From NCBI RefSeq assembly GCF_037042905.1, contig NC_087245.1:32180001-32244000 (forward strand): a DNA stretch of 64,000 nucleotides, written 5' to 3'. The position numbers were made by a program, and so were the translations under genes. The notes beneath the pieces were generated by a model. The model saw only the letters and a program-made list of their open reading frames with translations. It had not been told where the DNA came from and made no database searches. This document shows, piece after piece, positions 51,880-64,000 of the stretch (its first letter is position 1; each line of letters opens with the position of its first letter). This DNA is from Lytechinus pictus (Eukaryota).

Positions 51880-52140
51880 GGCCCCGTCTTACAAAGAGTT
51901 ACGATTGATCCAATCAATCATTATTGTATGGAAATCCATCCATACCATAATTTTCTCTACAGGAAATTTGCACAATCTCCTTAGTAACAAAGAGTATCAC
52001 ACTGAATCTTTAAGAGAATGATGAATGTATGAATATACATCATATATCTAGCAAATATTTTGAACAAATTTTAAATTTTAGATGTTGGGGTTGCTGGCCG
52101 TCCATATTTGGATTGATCAGATCAATTGCAACTCTTTTTA
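51880..52140. mobile_element. Harbinger-like MITE (family of 36264-36513), right end eroded
   Basis: GGCCCCGTCTTACAAAGAGTTACGATTGATCC start; GTTGCTGGCCGTCCATA shared. Confidence 0.8.
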
Positions 52141-52334
52141 TGATGGAACTTGTTTAGACTTAATAATTTGAGATTTCTCTGTAATATTGAATATTTCACT
52201 AGCATATAAAAGGTATCAGTGAAAATCACTGAAAAGATCAACACATTCACATCTACCACTGATATGAGTCTCAATTCGTAAAACTAAAAAAGACGTAAAC
52301 TTCATTATCTTTTTTAGTAGCAAATGAAATGCTA

Positions 52335-52558
52335 CACTGGTGCTTAAAATTTAGTGAACCCCACCAGAAAATGAACATAGTTCTGCCATGTTTTAGATAT
52401 TTCATTGTGAAGACAGGTGATAAAGTTTTACATTCAATAAAGTTTGTTTCTCAGGGCTCACCGGACATTGTAGTGTTGTTTTCTCAATTCAACACTCAGC
52501 ATGAAGGAGTGCATTTTCTGGTGGGGTTCACTAACTTTTTAACTTTTTAGCACCGCCA
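52335..52558. mobile_element. Tc1/mariner-type MITE (family of 23313-23544)
   Basis: TTAGTGAACCCCACCAGAAAATG / CATTTTCTGGTGGGGTTCACTAA; shared interior TTACATTCAATAAAGTTTGTTTCTC. Confidence 0.85.
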
Positions 52559-55149
52559 TATATATATCTATATACATCTTTTAAGAGTTAAATTATTTTG
52601 TTAATAACTGGGTATGGAACATGGTCTTATTTTAGAACTCTTGAAAATTATAACGGGAAAATTTTATACGACAATTTTTGTTACCTATTTGCTTATCAGG
52701 AATCTACCATACACTGCAAGACTGAGGCATTATCAAATAAGATATTAATCATAGGCCTGCATAATTACTGAGCTTTTTCATCCGTTACAATTCTTAAAAT
52801 AGAAACAAAATAGTCTATCAGCAAAGGTCTTTTTTTTCAAACAGGATACCAAATACGAAGAAACTTAAAAGACTAGAAAGCATATCCAACCATGCCGACA
52901 GACCTTGATAATAAAACAGGCAGCTGCGGAGTATTTTGATGCATCATACGTCTAGCATTATGCCAATACATCTCGTCTGGAGCTGCGACCTGTTTTTTAA
53001 ATCAGGCTAAGAGGGTGGAAATAAATGTGTTTACAGATAACCCGAGCCACATGTCCATTTCGTATGCATTCCATCTGGATGGAAATAACAAAAACAACAT
53101 TGGGGGAAAGGGGGAAAACTGATTTTTACTCAAAAATAAAAATTTTATATACACCAACGATATAGCTAATAATGTTTCTGAACAAAGATCATTTCAGTAC
53201 TGCCAAATGAGCCAATCTATTTATTGATTTTTATCTTAAAATCATATAATACAAAATTTTCAGTACTTAATTCTTCAAATTTTGGAAAGTATTTTACATA
53301 TTCCACAATGAGAAACTTTTTTTTGTATCAAATAATTCACAACAGACTGCAAAGTCCATGTAATGGTCTTTGAATTTGGGGGCTTTTTTGCTACTCTTCC
53401 TTTGGCCGTCTTCTGACCGTGTTCATTAGTGATATATCTTATAAGATATAAGAAGCAATGAAATATTTTACCTGCACCCTTTTAGTGATAAAATTTCTAT
53501 GACTTGGCCCAGCTGTGGCTCCGATCTTTCTACCTCCATGCTCCGATCAATGATTTGATGCAAAGGATCAACGATTAAATCAAAGGGGTACATCTGGATC
53601 TAAACAAACAAAAAGTTCTGCTACAAATCTCCATCAAAGCAGGCACATGATACCTTGAACAGGAAATTGGAGCAACGCAAACAATCAAGAAAATTTCCAC
53701 AAAAGACATTTCTCAATTTCTTCATATCTTATTTCTTCGAAGTCAAATGTGACTCGGCCTGGATCTTAACTAGGAGTCGACTCTTGAGTCTAATGAACAC
53801 AATTTTCTACTCTATTGGACATTAACTGAGAATTGAGTCATTCCGAGCAACTCGGCTAGGGCTGAAAAAAATTTACATGGATGACGTTGAAGTTGATGCC
53901 ATTTCTGGGTAAAGTTTGTCTCTATTATTAAAAGACACAGAATGAATAAAAATTATGACAAATTTCTACAACCCTTCAGTGACTATGCTCCACCCTTTTT
54001 GCCTAAGCAGGATGCAATATGGCATAGCAAATTCTCACCTGTTAGAAACAGTGTTTGTTATGGCACACTATGAATTATCAAAATATACAGATCACCCGGG
54101 ATTGAATTTTGAAGGAATGGGGCAGACAGGAGAGAGCCTCAGCAATCATAATCTCCTTGAGAAACTAGAACACAAAAATTGCAGGTGAGCACATCTACAC
54201 ATATCTAAAGACGGGGCACGGGCCCAGACATCTTTATTCAATTTAGCAATGAGAAACAGTCTGGAAATCTCATCGGTAGCGGGTAAGATGATGAAGAATT
54301 CAGATGAATCATATTACCCAGTGCTGACAGTTTTACAGGTGAGTTGATGCATACTTCAAAGGGCACAGCATTTAAGAAGTCCTACCTCGGTTTCTCAGCA
54401 AAGAGGACCTTGGTCAATGGAAGTCAATGATAATATTCCATTCGATAGTCCACATCATGTTATGAAATGCTGTCACTTTCAATTGACATTGTTCCAGAAA
54501 GTCAACTATTACCCCCCTTCCTTCCAAAAAAGGGGGTAGGTCTTTGAAATACTTTGAAATGTACCAGTTTGATAACAGTTACAGTGGTGTACTGGCATGG
54601 CACCTATTCTATGAGCAGAGTAGTCGTGGTCATTATGGTGCACGGATCAAAACTCTGCACCTGTGGTGTCAGGTTGATATTAAAGAAATTGACTTTATAG
54701 TCATGTGATGCATAGGCCTACTTGTTGATACAGATCACATTTGTATATTCTCTCCTCCTTTCTTCTGTGGTCAGATATGACCAATTATTGACCATCAGAC
54801 AACCTACTGTGATCTACATGCAATATTTGCTTCTGTCTTTGTCAGAATGAGAAGGCAAGGGTTAGGGTTAGAGGTCTGTGAAGTGCTAGTACGTTTGAGA
54901 TTAGGGTTGATCTAAACTGTTACCACCTGATAGGCTCTAGAAGGGTAAAGGGACAGGGAAAATGTATACATGGGCCTAGGGCAATTTTGCCCCCAAAATA
55001 CTCAAGAGAGCCCTGGAAAATAAAAAAGGAGCCCCAAAAAGTACCAATTCACTGTGATGTTCAAGCTTGTCCAATGTGGCAGATTAGACAGTAGCCCCCC
55101 CCCAAAAAAAAAAAAAAAAAAACCCAACTATATATATACATGTATATGA

Positions 55150-55270
55150 CAATAATAATAATAGCAATAATAGTAGTAATGATGATGATAATAATAATGA
55201 TGATAATAATAATAATATTAATAATGATAATAAAAACAATGAAATATGATAAATAAAAAATAATAAAATA
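55150..55270. repeat. (AAT/GAT)n microsatellite
   Basis: AATAATAAT runs. Confidence 0.85.
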
Positions 55271-57220
55271 GCAATTTTTGCCAGGTAAGGGGATAAGAGA
55301 CTAACATTTAAGGCCAAGAAATTTTATGTTTTCTTAATAACAGGAAAAGGTAGATAGCTTTAATATAATCATTAACAAATATCCTTGCCAATCAGACTGC
55401 CTAGTAATATTTGAAACTAGGAAAACATCGATCCAATAGTAGGTCCATGATCCAATACTAGTATAGCATTTCACCCATGGCATTTGATATTTTACTTGCT
55501 TTTTGGTACAATCCAATGAGAAAGTCAATATAGAACAACTGTTCCTTTCAATGCATTTTAATCAATATCAGCTGCATCTGGTCAGTAACAGCAGGGAAAG
55601 GTCTGCGGACATGAAGAGTAATCGTTTCCTGATAATTCTCAAGAATTGTGTTTTATTTGTTTATTGTAAGATGGAGGAATTTATCTAAAAAGGAATGCCA
55701 TTCAATTATTGTTTAATTTTAATTTTTGGATTCTCAAGATTTCCTAAAATTTTAATTTCCAGAAAATTATTTCAAAATGAGCCAGATTTCCAGGAATTCA
55801 GGAAATATCATTTGCAGTAGAAACACTGATAATGATAAATGTATATAGTAACTTGTCTTTTCTATAGCACACATTAAAAGATAACAAGCGATGAAATTAA
55901 AGTAAGAATGAAGTCAAATAGCAAGGAGAGTAGAATATGGACACTGAATTTATAGGCAAGAAATCAAATATCAACAATAAACATAAACAAAAAAACACAT
56001 TAAAAAACATTGCATCTGCTCACAAAAAATGTGACAAGTCACATGCTTATTTCTATCACTCCTACATCATAATTATGCTGGAATTATTATTCAGGTACTA
56101 ATGTGCTCACACAGAAAATATATATACTTACAATTATGGTTGTAAAGTCAGGTCAGTACTACAAGTTCTTCAAGTTATGATACAAGCAGAATATAGAAAG
56201 CACTGAAAGAGAAAAACGGATATGAGGATAAATGCATCATGAATTTTGTAACACATCTCACATATTCATTTAATGAATGCTTCTACTTTATCAAAACAGA
56301 GGGGTGGGTTCACGTGGCTAAGAGTTATGTTCGTTTGTATATTATATAAACAATTTTCACTTAGCCAGTACCATCCAAATAGAAACGTTGTTAGCGCTAA
56401 AAATGAGCTAGCAGAGGCTCTGTTACATCAGTAATGTTACAGCAATGCCTTCTGTCACATCATTTACATCTTGGATTAACGTACGACATCAGAATCCAAA
56501 AAATGTGACTGGGCCTACTTAAATCTTACTAATGGTATAGGGGAGAGCAGGGCGGGTCCGCCCCTATTTTTTCACGCTCTTCTAAAATCATCATATCTTT
56601 ATCAGGAAGGTCGTGCTTTAGATGTATAAAGGTCTAGGTAATATCTACCTAATACTTCATTTTCAGCGAGGGCATGCATACAGTTTTGGCAAAAATGGGC
56701 CATGAAGAAAATTTTTGCTGCAGGGCAAACCTGCCCCACCCTGGGGCAAGTTTGCTGGTTAGTTAGGGCGAGTTCGCCCATAGGGAAAAACAGTGATATA
56801 CATGTATGAAACAAAATGTGTTCAAAGACACCAAACATTTTTTTCATATTGGAACAACGACTTCTAGTTCTATAATCTATGAAAAGTTATCATGATTTAG
56901 CACATATACCGATGTACTTGCATGACATGTCAGGTTTATAAGGATATTTGTGTAGGCCTATGGGTCTATATGTAGATAAAAGTGAGGCGGACCTGCGCCG
57001 TTGCAAAAGGAGCCAACTAGCCCCCCGAGCAGCCATTTTCTTTTATCTTGTTTTTGCCAAATGTACAACATATTTTGAAGTATCAAAGGCATATTTCAAT
57101 AAGCAAATATCACACCTTTCTAACAAAAAAATATTATAACTGCATTCATGAGTGTCTATAAAAAATACAAGAAATTTGACAAATTTATTTTTTACAAAAT
57201 GGCCTCAAAATTGACAACAT

Positions 57221-58792
57221 TCGGAAAATTGCTTGGAAGTGGATTAAGTCATTCCTTACTCATCGTGAACAAAGATGTCTCTACCAGGGTACGTTCTCTT
57301 CTTGGAGTAAAGTATCATCTGGGGTACCTCAGGGAAGCGTAATTGGCCCTTGTCTGTTTAACATTTTTGTGAATAACGTGGCTTTCTCTATACAATCCAA
57401 CATAGTCCTCTTTGCAGATGACATTCTTCTTTATAGAACAATTCACTCTTCCCGTGACGAGGTAGTTCTACAAACAGATGTCGACCGAGTTCATGATTGG
57501 TGCTCATCCAAGCAAATGACTTTGAATGCGACAAAAACCAAAGTGATGCACATTACTCGGAAGAGAAAACGTGATGAATATCCAGACTACACTCTCAATG
57601 ATGTTCCATTGGCAGAGACATCATCTTATAAGTATCTCGGAGTAACCATATCATCAGATCTCCGATGGAATCTACACGTTGATTCAATCGTATCTCGTGC
57701 CAATCGACTTCTTGGGTTTATTCGCACCATTGCACGTGGGGCCTCAACCCAAGCAATATTTTGCTTGTATCGATCACTGGTACTCCCAATTTTGGAGTAT
57801 GGCATTCCCGCCTGGCATCCGCATACTGCTGCCCAGGAACACAAACTCGAACAGATACAGCGAACTGCTACAAGAGTTGCGCTTCATCAACGGAGATGTG
57901 AGATGCCGTACGAGGAACGTCTCTCTCGTCTACATTGGACATCTCTACGTTCCCGAAGGGACTATGCCTTATGTGCTTATGTCATGAAGTGTTTGTCTGG
58001 AACAATCAGATGTGAATCACTGTCAGAAAATCTGAAAGTCAATAGTAGGCACCCTGACCACCTCACGTTTGTTCATTTCCCATCAAGAACCCAGGTCTTA
58101 TTCATGTCCCCTACCCGTAGATTCCCAAGAATTTGGAATAATTTACCATACTCAATCAGGGATGCGGCTGTCCTTGTCTCACTACCCTCTTTTCTTAATC
58201 AGCTAAAATCTCAATTTGAATAAATATGCACAGACATTTGACGAAACCATGTTTAAAACATAACATATGCTGATTCATAATTTTTATTCATTCATTTTGT
58301 ATGATATATAATTTGAATTAGAATGAATATAAACATTTCCTCATTTTTTGTTTTGTATATCACATACTTTAAACTTGCCGTTTGACTCATATTGAATTTC
58401 CCCCCCTCAAACTCAACTTTCATATAATACCGGTTCAATTATCTGCTATATTGTTGACACGTATACATCAGTGACATATGGATGGAATATTTAGATTTAT
58501 TTTGTAGATCATTGACTATGAACTTAAAACTTGCTATTCACTTTTTTTCTATTGAATTATATGTTTGTATATAATATATATATGTTTGTAAGAGACATCC
58601 CTCGCTGCCTTACCTGGAGTTGGAAGGAATGACTTGCGGGTTACAGGAATTTTATATTCCTTTTTTTCTTCCAGGCAACTCCAGGACTGCAGCGGGGGAG
58701 TCCTTTTTAAAATTCTGTTATACTTTGTAATGTCATCATTCTATGGTTTTTGTTTGTCTGAAATGCCGAATAAATAATAATAATAATAATAA
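57221..58792 (+). mobile_element. 5'-truncated non-LTR retrotransposon (CR1/L2 group) with 3' UTR and (AAT)n tail
   Basis: RT ORF followed by an about 550-bp 3' UTR and AATAAATAATAATAATAATAATAA. Confidence 0.93.
57222..58223 (+). CDS. Reverse transcriptase ORF2, C-terminal fragment (open frame, no native start)
   Basis: The frame extends upstream of the listed GTG: WKWIKSFLTHREQRC...SGVPQGSVIGPCLFNIFVNN...LFADD...KYLGV...LYRSLVLPILEYG...WNNLP; no stop seen. Confidence 0.93.
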   Translation, partial: RKIAWKWIKSFLTHREQRCLYQGTFSSWSKVSSGVPQGSVIGPCLFNIFVNNVAFSIQSNIVLFADDILLYRTIHSSRDEVVLQTDVDRVHDWCSSKQMTLNATKTKVMHITRKRKRDEYPDYTLNDVPLAETSSYKYLGVTISSDLRWNLHVDSIVSRANRLLGFIRTIARGASTQAIFCLYRSLVLPILEYGIPAWHPHTAAQEHKLEQIQRTATRVALHQRRCEMPYEERLSRLHWTSLRSRRDYALCAYVMKCLSGTIRCESLSENLKVNSRHPDHLTFVHFPSRTQVLFMSPTRRFPRIWNNLPYSIRDAAVLVSLPSFLNQLKSQFE

Positions 58793-58961
58793 GTCGCTGT
58801 AATTTTCTGGAATTCCAAGCAGATGACCTATCGCCAAGATATGTTGCTACCTTGGGCAGGTTAACATTACATCATCAACAAAACCTACATCCAGTCACAG
58901 CAAAGTGGAAAATCAAGTGGTGGGCGGACTTGCCCCGGGGTGGATTAGCCCCGCTCTCCCC

Positions 58962-59310
58962 TACAAAGCACTTCTTGGTCAAGCTCCTGGCTACATTACA
59001 GAATCATTGAGGTGTAAAACCAGTAATCATGGTTGCAATATGTGCAGTTCAACAGATCCTCTGTTCTTACAGATTCCATCCTTCAAAACAAAAGTAATGC
59101 TTGGTGATCGAGCATTTGCCCCCCAAGCTCTGGAATAACTTACCCCTGGAAGTTAGGAAAGCATCATCCGTAAACAACTTTAAATCAAAGCTCAAAACAC
59201 ATCTATTTAATTATAACAAGCATTTTAGGAGTCCCATAAAGCACAGTAGAATATATACTTTATGGAATAGTTTCTGCGCTCTACAATTTATATATTTTCA
59301 TTATCATAAC
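58962..59310 (+). pseudogene. Decayed L2-type LINE 3' end (its 5' part is at about 56518-56539)
   Basis: YKALLGQAPGYI...GDRAF / frameshift / PKLWNNLPLEVRKASSVNNFKSKLKTHLF, then a GCGCTCTACAA tail motif. Confidence 0.85.
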
Positions 59311-59599
59311 TATTCTGTGTGGCCGGTACTGATCTTCAATGTAAACTGAAATGTACAAGTTAGAAATCACTAAAGTCATTTTAACCATGTAGGAGTCAAC
59401 TATGTACCTTCGGGTCATGCTTTGAAACCGAAAGCAAGGTTTATAAGATTAGGCTGAGCAGAAAATCATTTTAATGTAGACAGAAGTAATCCTCTGCCCT
59501 ATGGTTACACAATGGTTCATCTGCAATAACAACCCCGAGCACCAAGGGAAAGACAAGCATACAAAATGAGAAATTCCAAATTTGATTTTGATCACAGTA

Positions 59600-60502
59600 G
59601 GCGGTGCTGCACCATCCCGAGTTTGCTCAATCTCGAGATTTTAGCCCGATCGGCCCACTTCGCGATTAATCTCGAGATTCAAGAAACCCCGTCTCCACCA
59701 TCGCAAGAAGAGCGATTCCTGCTCGAGCGAGGCAACAAGACCGATATTACGAGCATGCGCACTTTCGGATCTTGGAGTTTCAACGGCCCGCGCTTTTGAA
59801 TAACTTCCCGCGATATGCAAGCAATGTACTCCTTTCACTAGCACTTTCGCCGAATTCGACCGGTGTTATGCAACAATCCTCTCAGCTCAGCGAGTGAAGA
59901 AGTGATGTATTCTTCGTTAAATATGATGGCGGAGTAGGAGGCAACGACAGAGAGAGAGAGAAGGAGAGAAGGAGGAAAGAAATGCTATTTGCTCACATTT
60001 TGCGAAGGAATAAGACAACACTGCTGTCAGTGTTGTTATTGAATATGACCATCGTCGATGAGCGCCTCCCCCTTCAGTCTGGTCTCTCCCAAAATCCATT
60101 CACTGGTGGGACACCATCGTTGCTGATTAGGCAATTGATGAACGCTATTCGCGATAATATCTATTCGCATGTATAAAGTTGACTTTCGCACATGTTTATG
60201 TTTTGACCAAGGCGGAAGTGGAACGCGAATTGCATTATGGACTGACGTCATGAATAAATTACCCCGAGTCCAATCTCGAGTGCGTCTGCACCGACGAATT
60301 AGCGGGATAATTCGTAAAATAGCGCGCTATTTTGCAAATAAACCCGAGTTGACTTGGGATTGCAATCTCGAGATTAATCCTACGAACTAGCGCGATAATT
60401 GCGTCTCCACCGCAAACTATCTCGAGATTTTTCAGATCGGGATAATTTGCCGGATCAGAAATAGCGCGCTAATTTGAAAACTCGGGATGGTGCAGACGGC
60501 CC
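59600..60502. mobile_element. About 900-bp CpG-rich PIF/Harbinger-like non-autonomous element
   Basis: TIR core CTGCACCATCCCGAGTTT / AAACTCGGGATGGTGCAG; TAG near both ends; repeated AATCTCGAGATT palindromes. Confidence 0.88.
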
Positions 60503-60814
60503 TAGTGCATTGTCGTTACGAAGGTCATCAAATGTAGGCAATATAAAATTTTAATTTTCATGAAACATTCTCTACATTGACTTTGAAAAGATTACAGTTG
60601 TTTGAGTTAACATTATCCAAGCATACATTCATATTACTTTGTCCTTGTTAAGCTATTTCGGTTTTCTTCTCTTCAAAATTGTCACTGTATAAATGCTGGC
60701 AGCAGGGCGACCAGCTGCTCTGTATGGTGGTGATGGAGGATATGCCAACATTCACTGTTTCTTCCTCTGCCTGCCCCATTGGTCTTGACACATTCTCTAC
60801 ATCTTAGCCCTATG

Positions 60815-61358
60815 GTTTTCTGTACAAAATTCAAAATAATTTAATGCCATCATATTTGAAAAATATCATAATTCCGAGAAAAGTTTTTATTTATACACGA
60901 TATACTGCTCACTCCCCACTCTTTTTAACCAACCAAGAACTGATTATTTTAAATGTTCGCTACATTATAATGGTTCGTTAACTTGGTGCAACTTGCCGTC
61001 TGATATCCGTGCAATAACCTCAGCTCATGTATTTAAGAGGCATTGTAGGCTTTTTACTCTCAAACCAGCTTGATCTTTTTTATTGTTGTTTTCTGTTGTT
61101 TTTCAATGTAATATATTTATCTTTGTGTAGGCGTGTGTGTGTGTGTGCGCGTGTGTGTGGATGTTTATGCATGAATGTGATTAATATCGGAAGTATAATA
61201 CTATTTTGTTTTGTTTATTATTATGTAAGGCTTTACTTTGTAATTTATTGTGTATATTTTTTATGTTTTTATCTGTATAGACAGGGCCCCTTGGCAGAAC
61301 AATACTCGATAATGAAAGGGCTACCATGTATAAAGAAGACCTAATAAATGAATAAATA
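60815..61358 (+). pseudogene. Decayed LINE 3' end (CR1/L2 group) with 3' UTR
   Basis: FLYKIQNNLMPSYL ... PRTDYFKCSLHYNGSLTWCNLPSDIR..SAHVFKRH; ends in AATAAATGAATAAATA. Confidence 0.75.
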
Positions 61359-61368
61359 GACACTACAG

Positions 61369-61524
61369 GGGCCCGTTTCATAAAGAGTTACAACTGTTTG
61401 ACTTTGCCATTATGGCAACTACACCATGGTAACCTTGATTTTGATTGGCTGCTAAGCCCTGTTACCATGGTAGTTGGCATAATGGCAAAGTTACAACAGT
61501 TGTAACTCTTTATGAAATGAGCCC
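61369..61524. mobile_element. Harbinger-like palindromic MITE, CAG TSD
   Basis: CAG|GGGCCCGTTTCATAAAGAGTTACAACTGTT ... AACAGTTGTAACTCTTTATGAAATGAGCCC|CAG. Confidence 0.9.
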
Positions 61525-61536
61525 CAGGTCCTATAC

Positions 61537-62397
61537 CTTGTCTCGCCTGCATAACGTGATTTGATACAGCAGCAGTGCTGACTTTAAAAACAGCTATCAA
61601 ATATTTATTCACAAAATAAAACATTTCATATGATAATAAAATTCTATGTCCATTGACCCAAAATGGCCGTTGACCGTGACAATGTGACCTCGAGACGTGT
61701 GCAAAGCAATCATTAATACTTGACTGCTCTTATGTCCAAGTTTCGTACACTAGATCCATAAACTTTTAAAGTTATGATGACAATTCCACAAATACCCCCA
61801 ACATTACCAAAGTTTGTTGACCCTAAATGACCTTTGACCTTGGTCATGTGACCTGAAACTTGCAGAGGATTTTTAGGGATACTTCATTGCTCTTCTGTCA
61901 AAGTTTAATGAACTAGACCCATAAGATAGTTATGATGTTCCACAAATACCCCTAACATTGCCAAAGTTCATTGACCCTAAGTGACCTTTGACCTTAGTCG
62001 TGTGACCTGAAACTCAAGCAGGATGTTTAGTAATATTTGATTATTTTTATGTCTTAGTTTCATGAACTAGGTCCATATACCTTCTAAGCTATGATGAAAT
62101 TTCAAAAACTTAACCTTGATTAAGATTTCGATATTGATTCCCCCAACATGGTCAAAGTTCATTGATCCTAAATGACCTTTGACTTTGGTCATGAGACCTG
62201 AAATTCAGGCAGGATGTTTTGAAATACTTGATTACCTTTATGCCCAAGTTTCATGAACTAGGTCAAAATATTTTTTTAATTTATGATGACATTTCAAAAA
62301 CTAAACCTTGGTTAAGATTTCAATATTGACGACGCCGCCGCCTCCAACGTCGGAAAGTGGCGCCTACAGTTTCGCTCTGCCATGCAGGCGAGACAAG
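61537..62397. mobile_element. Helentron/HINE-like element with internal tandem array (about 150-190-bp units)
   Basis: Perfect 16-bp inverted repeat CTTGTCTCGCCTGCAT (61537) / ATGCAGGCGAGACAAG (62382); about 4 units with TTGACCCTAAATGACCTTTGACCTTGGTCATGTGACCTGAAA. Confidence 0.75.
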
Positions 62398-63798
62398 AAC
62401 AAGTGACCTGGATTTATTTTGTTTGAATGTCCATGTGTGTTTTTCATTCAAATAAAGGTGCTATGAAAATAATCTAGTATTCAAATTTAAGTATCAAAAC
62501 TTCATAATAGTGCATATTTATAATCAATTATTTATTGATTTATTGTGTTTGAAATAATACAATTTACAATATTTTTTACAGGGAATATTAGTTTTTTTAT
62601 AAACAGAAAGCATGACATATTAAAAAAAAAAAAAAAACTGTGCATGAATGACTACTACATGCAGGATATACAATCGGTTCCTTCATACTCGGCCACGGCT
62701 GCCGTTATCTGTACTTATTGAAAATGACATTGGATAAATTGAAAAATTATTGAAAAATCTTCTCATCACTTTGGCTTCATCAAATTGGAGTAATTTTGTT
62801 TTTCTTTCAGCCCACATAATAGAGACTCCAGTGATGTTGTTTTGGTTTATCTGGGGTGGCTGTCTCCAGGGTTCAATACATATATTGTCTGCGGAGAAGC
62901 AACAGAGCACTGAAGAGCCAAAACAAAAAGATTATATAGATTTAAAATTCTGCAAGTCGGTTTTGACTTGAAATATACAGCATCTTTCCAATATTATAAG
63001 CGTACATTGTGAAAGTGGAATTATAAAAAACAAGTCTATGTTCGTGGATGATGATGGTGCCCTACTTCATGTGAACCATGCCCTAATGTGAAAATTGAAT
63101 ATGGGCACTATTTATACTGCTCTTTGTTTGCAGAGAATGTGTGGCAACATATAATGTAATCTTAGAAGACTCTTCCAACCCTCGATCCCCTTCAAGGTAT
63201 CCTCCGATTGTCTTTTTGAATCCCAAATGATCGATCTTTATCAAATCAGCTCTGAAAATGATTTAAATACGAAAGGTTAACTCCACATTAAGCCAAAGGT
63301 TATAGCTTCCCCCAAAATCTTTGTCCCCCATTGGGTATTGTGCTTGCGCTGAATTGTGGCAATACCGCAAAAAACACCGCCAGGGAAGATGAAATTGATC
63401 GATTCGGAATTGACATTTGGGGTATGAATTTGAATGTTGATGAATACTGAAGAACGCTATGAAAATGGCCTGGGAATTTTTTTTTAACCCAACAAAGATA
63501 GAGGAGGCAGATTTTATTCATTTCTCTCAAATTTCCTGCACAAACTGCTACTGGCAGCTCTCCCTTTTTTTACATTATTATACTTGCTTTCAAATGCAGC
63601 CTGATTTCTTTTGTAGCCTTTTCTTTTATTGCCTTATGTATATAGCTCTCATATCAAACTGAAAATAGTAGTTTTGAGAAAATCCACAGTAGAGTTTACT
63701 GGACGTGGTGTGGTGGCTCAGTGGTCCTACCAATTTTCCCCGGATTAAGTTTAGCTCATTTCGGTTTCAGACTACATTCTATCAAAGTGGGCTATAAC

Positions 63799-63910
63799 TA
63801 GGGCTGTTATCGATAACGTTTTTATCGATAGTCCTGTTGATAATCGCTTGATTTTGCCACTTTAGCGATATCGATATTAAACCTTTCTCTCTTTGTCGAT
63901 AATGCCCGCT
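63799..63910. mobile_element. hAT-like left end
   Basis: TAGGGCTG terminus followed by multiple ATCGATA subterminal motifs; partner end not seen in the window. Confidence 0.55.
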
Positions 63911-64000
63911 ATTATGTAGGGACACAGTGATTTTATATGTTGATCATGTTTAAATTTCCTGCTTTCATTAGCACAGCTTTAGTGCGCAGTTTGACTCATA

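Larger units (their letters stand above)
56540..58961. mobile_element. TA-TSD TIR element (pogo/Tc1-mariner-like, about 850 bp net) split by a LINE
   Basis: TA|GGGGAGAGCAGGGC ... GCCCCGCTCTCCCC|TA; internal GGGCGGGTCCGCCCC / GGGCGAGTTCGCCC / GGGCGGACTTGCCCC repeats. Confidence 0.85.

Noticed and set aside
54858..54910. Interstitial telomere (TTAGGG)
   Set aside because: Only 2-3 scattered hexamers.
63701..63727. tRNA/SINE head (GTGGCTCAGTGG)
   Set aside because: A box only; no B box follows.

Overview
AT-rich eukaryotic non-coding DNA (large intron or intergenic region) packed with transposable elements. The repeat families resemble those I recall from echinoderm (sea urchin-type) genomes, but that is inference and cannot be proven from the window. 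I found no host protein-coding gene, rRNA, intact tRNA gene or CRISPR array. The only convincing coding sequence is the uninterrupted 3' part of a non-LTR retrotransposon reverse transcriptase ORF (about 57222-58223), plus two decayed LINE 3' ends. The rest is non-autonomous DNA transposons and MITEs (TTAA Kolobok-like, 3-bp-TSD PIF/Harbinger-like, TA-TSD Tc1/pogo-like, CACTG EnSpm-like, hAT-like, Helentron-like), tRNA-derived SINEs, tandem repeats, microsatellites and some CpG-richer unique patches. Most notable: (1) a 3.24-kb CAG...CTG TIR element with a 4-bp AAAT TSD (Sola1-like) carrying a Pol III tRNA-like cassette and candidate splice signals; (2) a three-layer nest L2 <- TA-TSD TIR element <- young LINE; (3) a Penelope-like terminus with a decayed hammerhead ribozyme; (4) near-identical tandem duplications anchored on MITE ends. 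Superfamily calls rest on TIR/TSD signatures read by eye; coordinates are hand-counted and may be off by a few bases.
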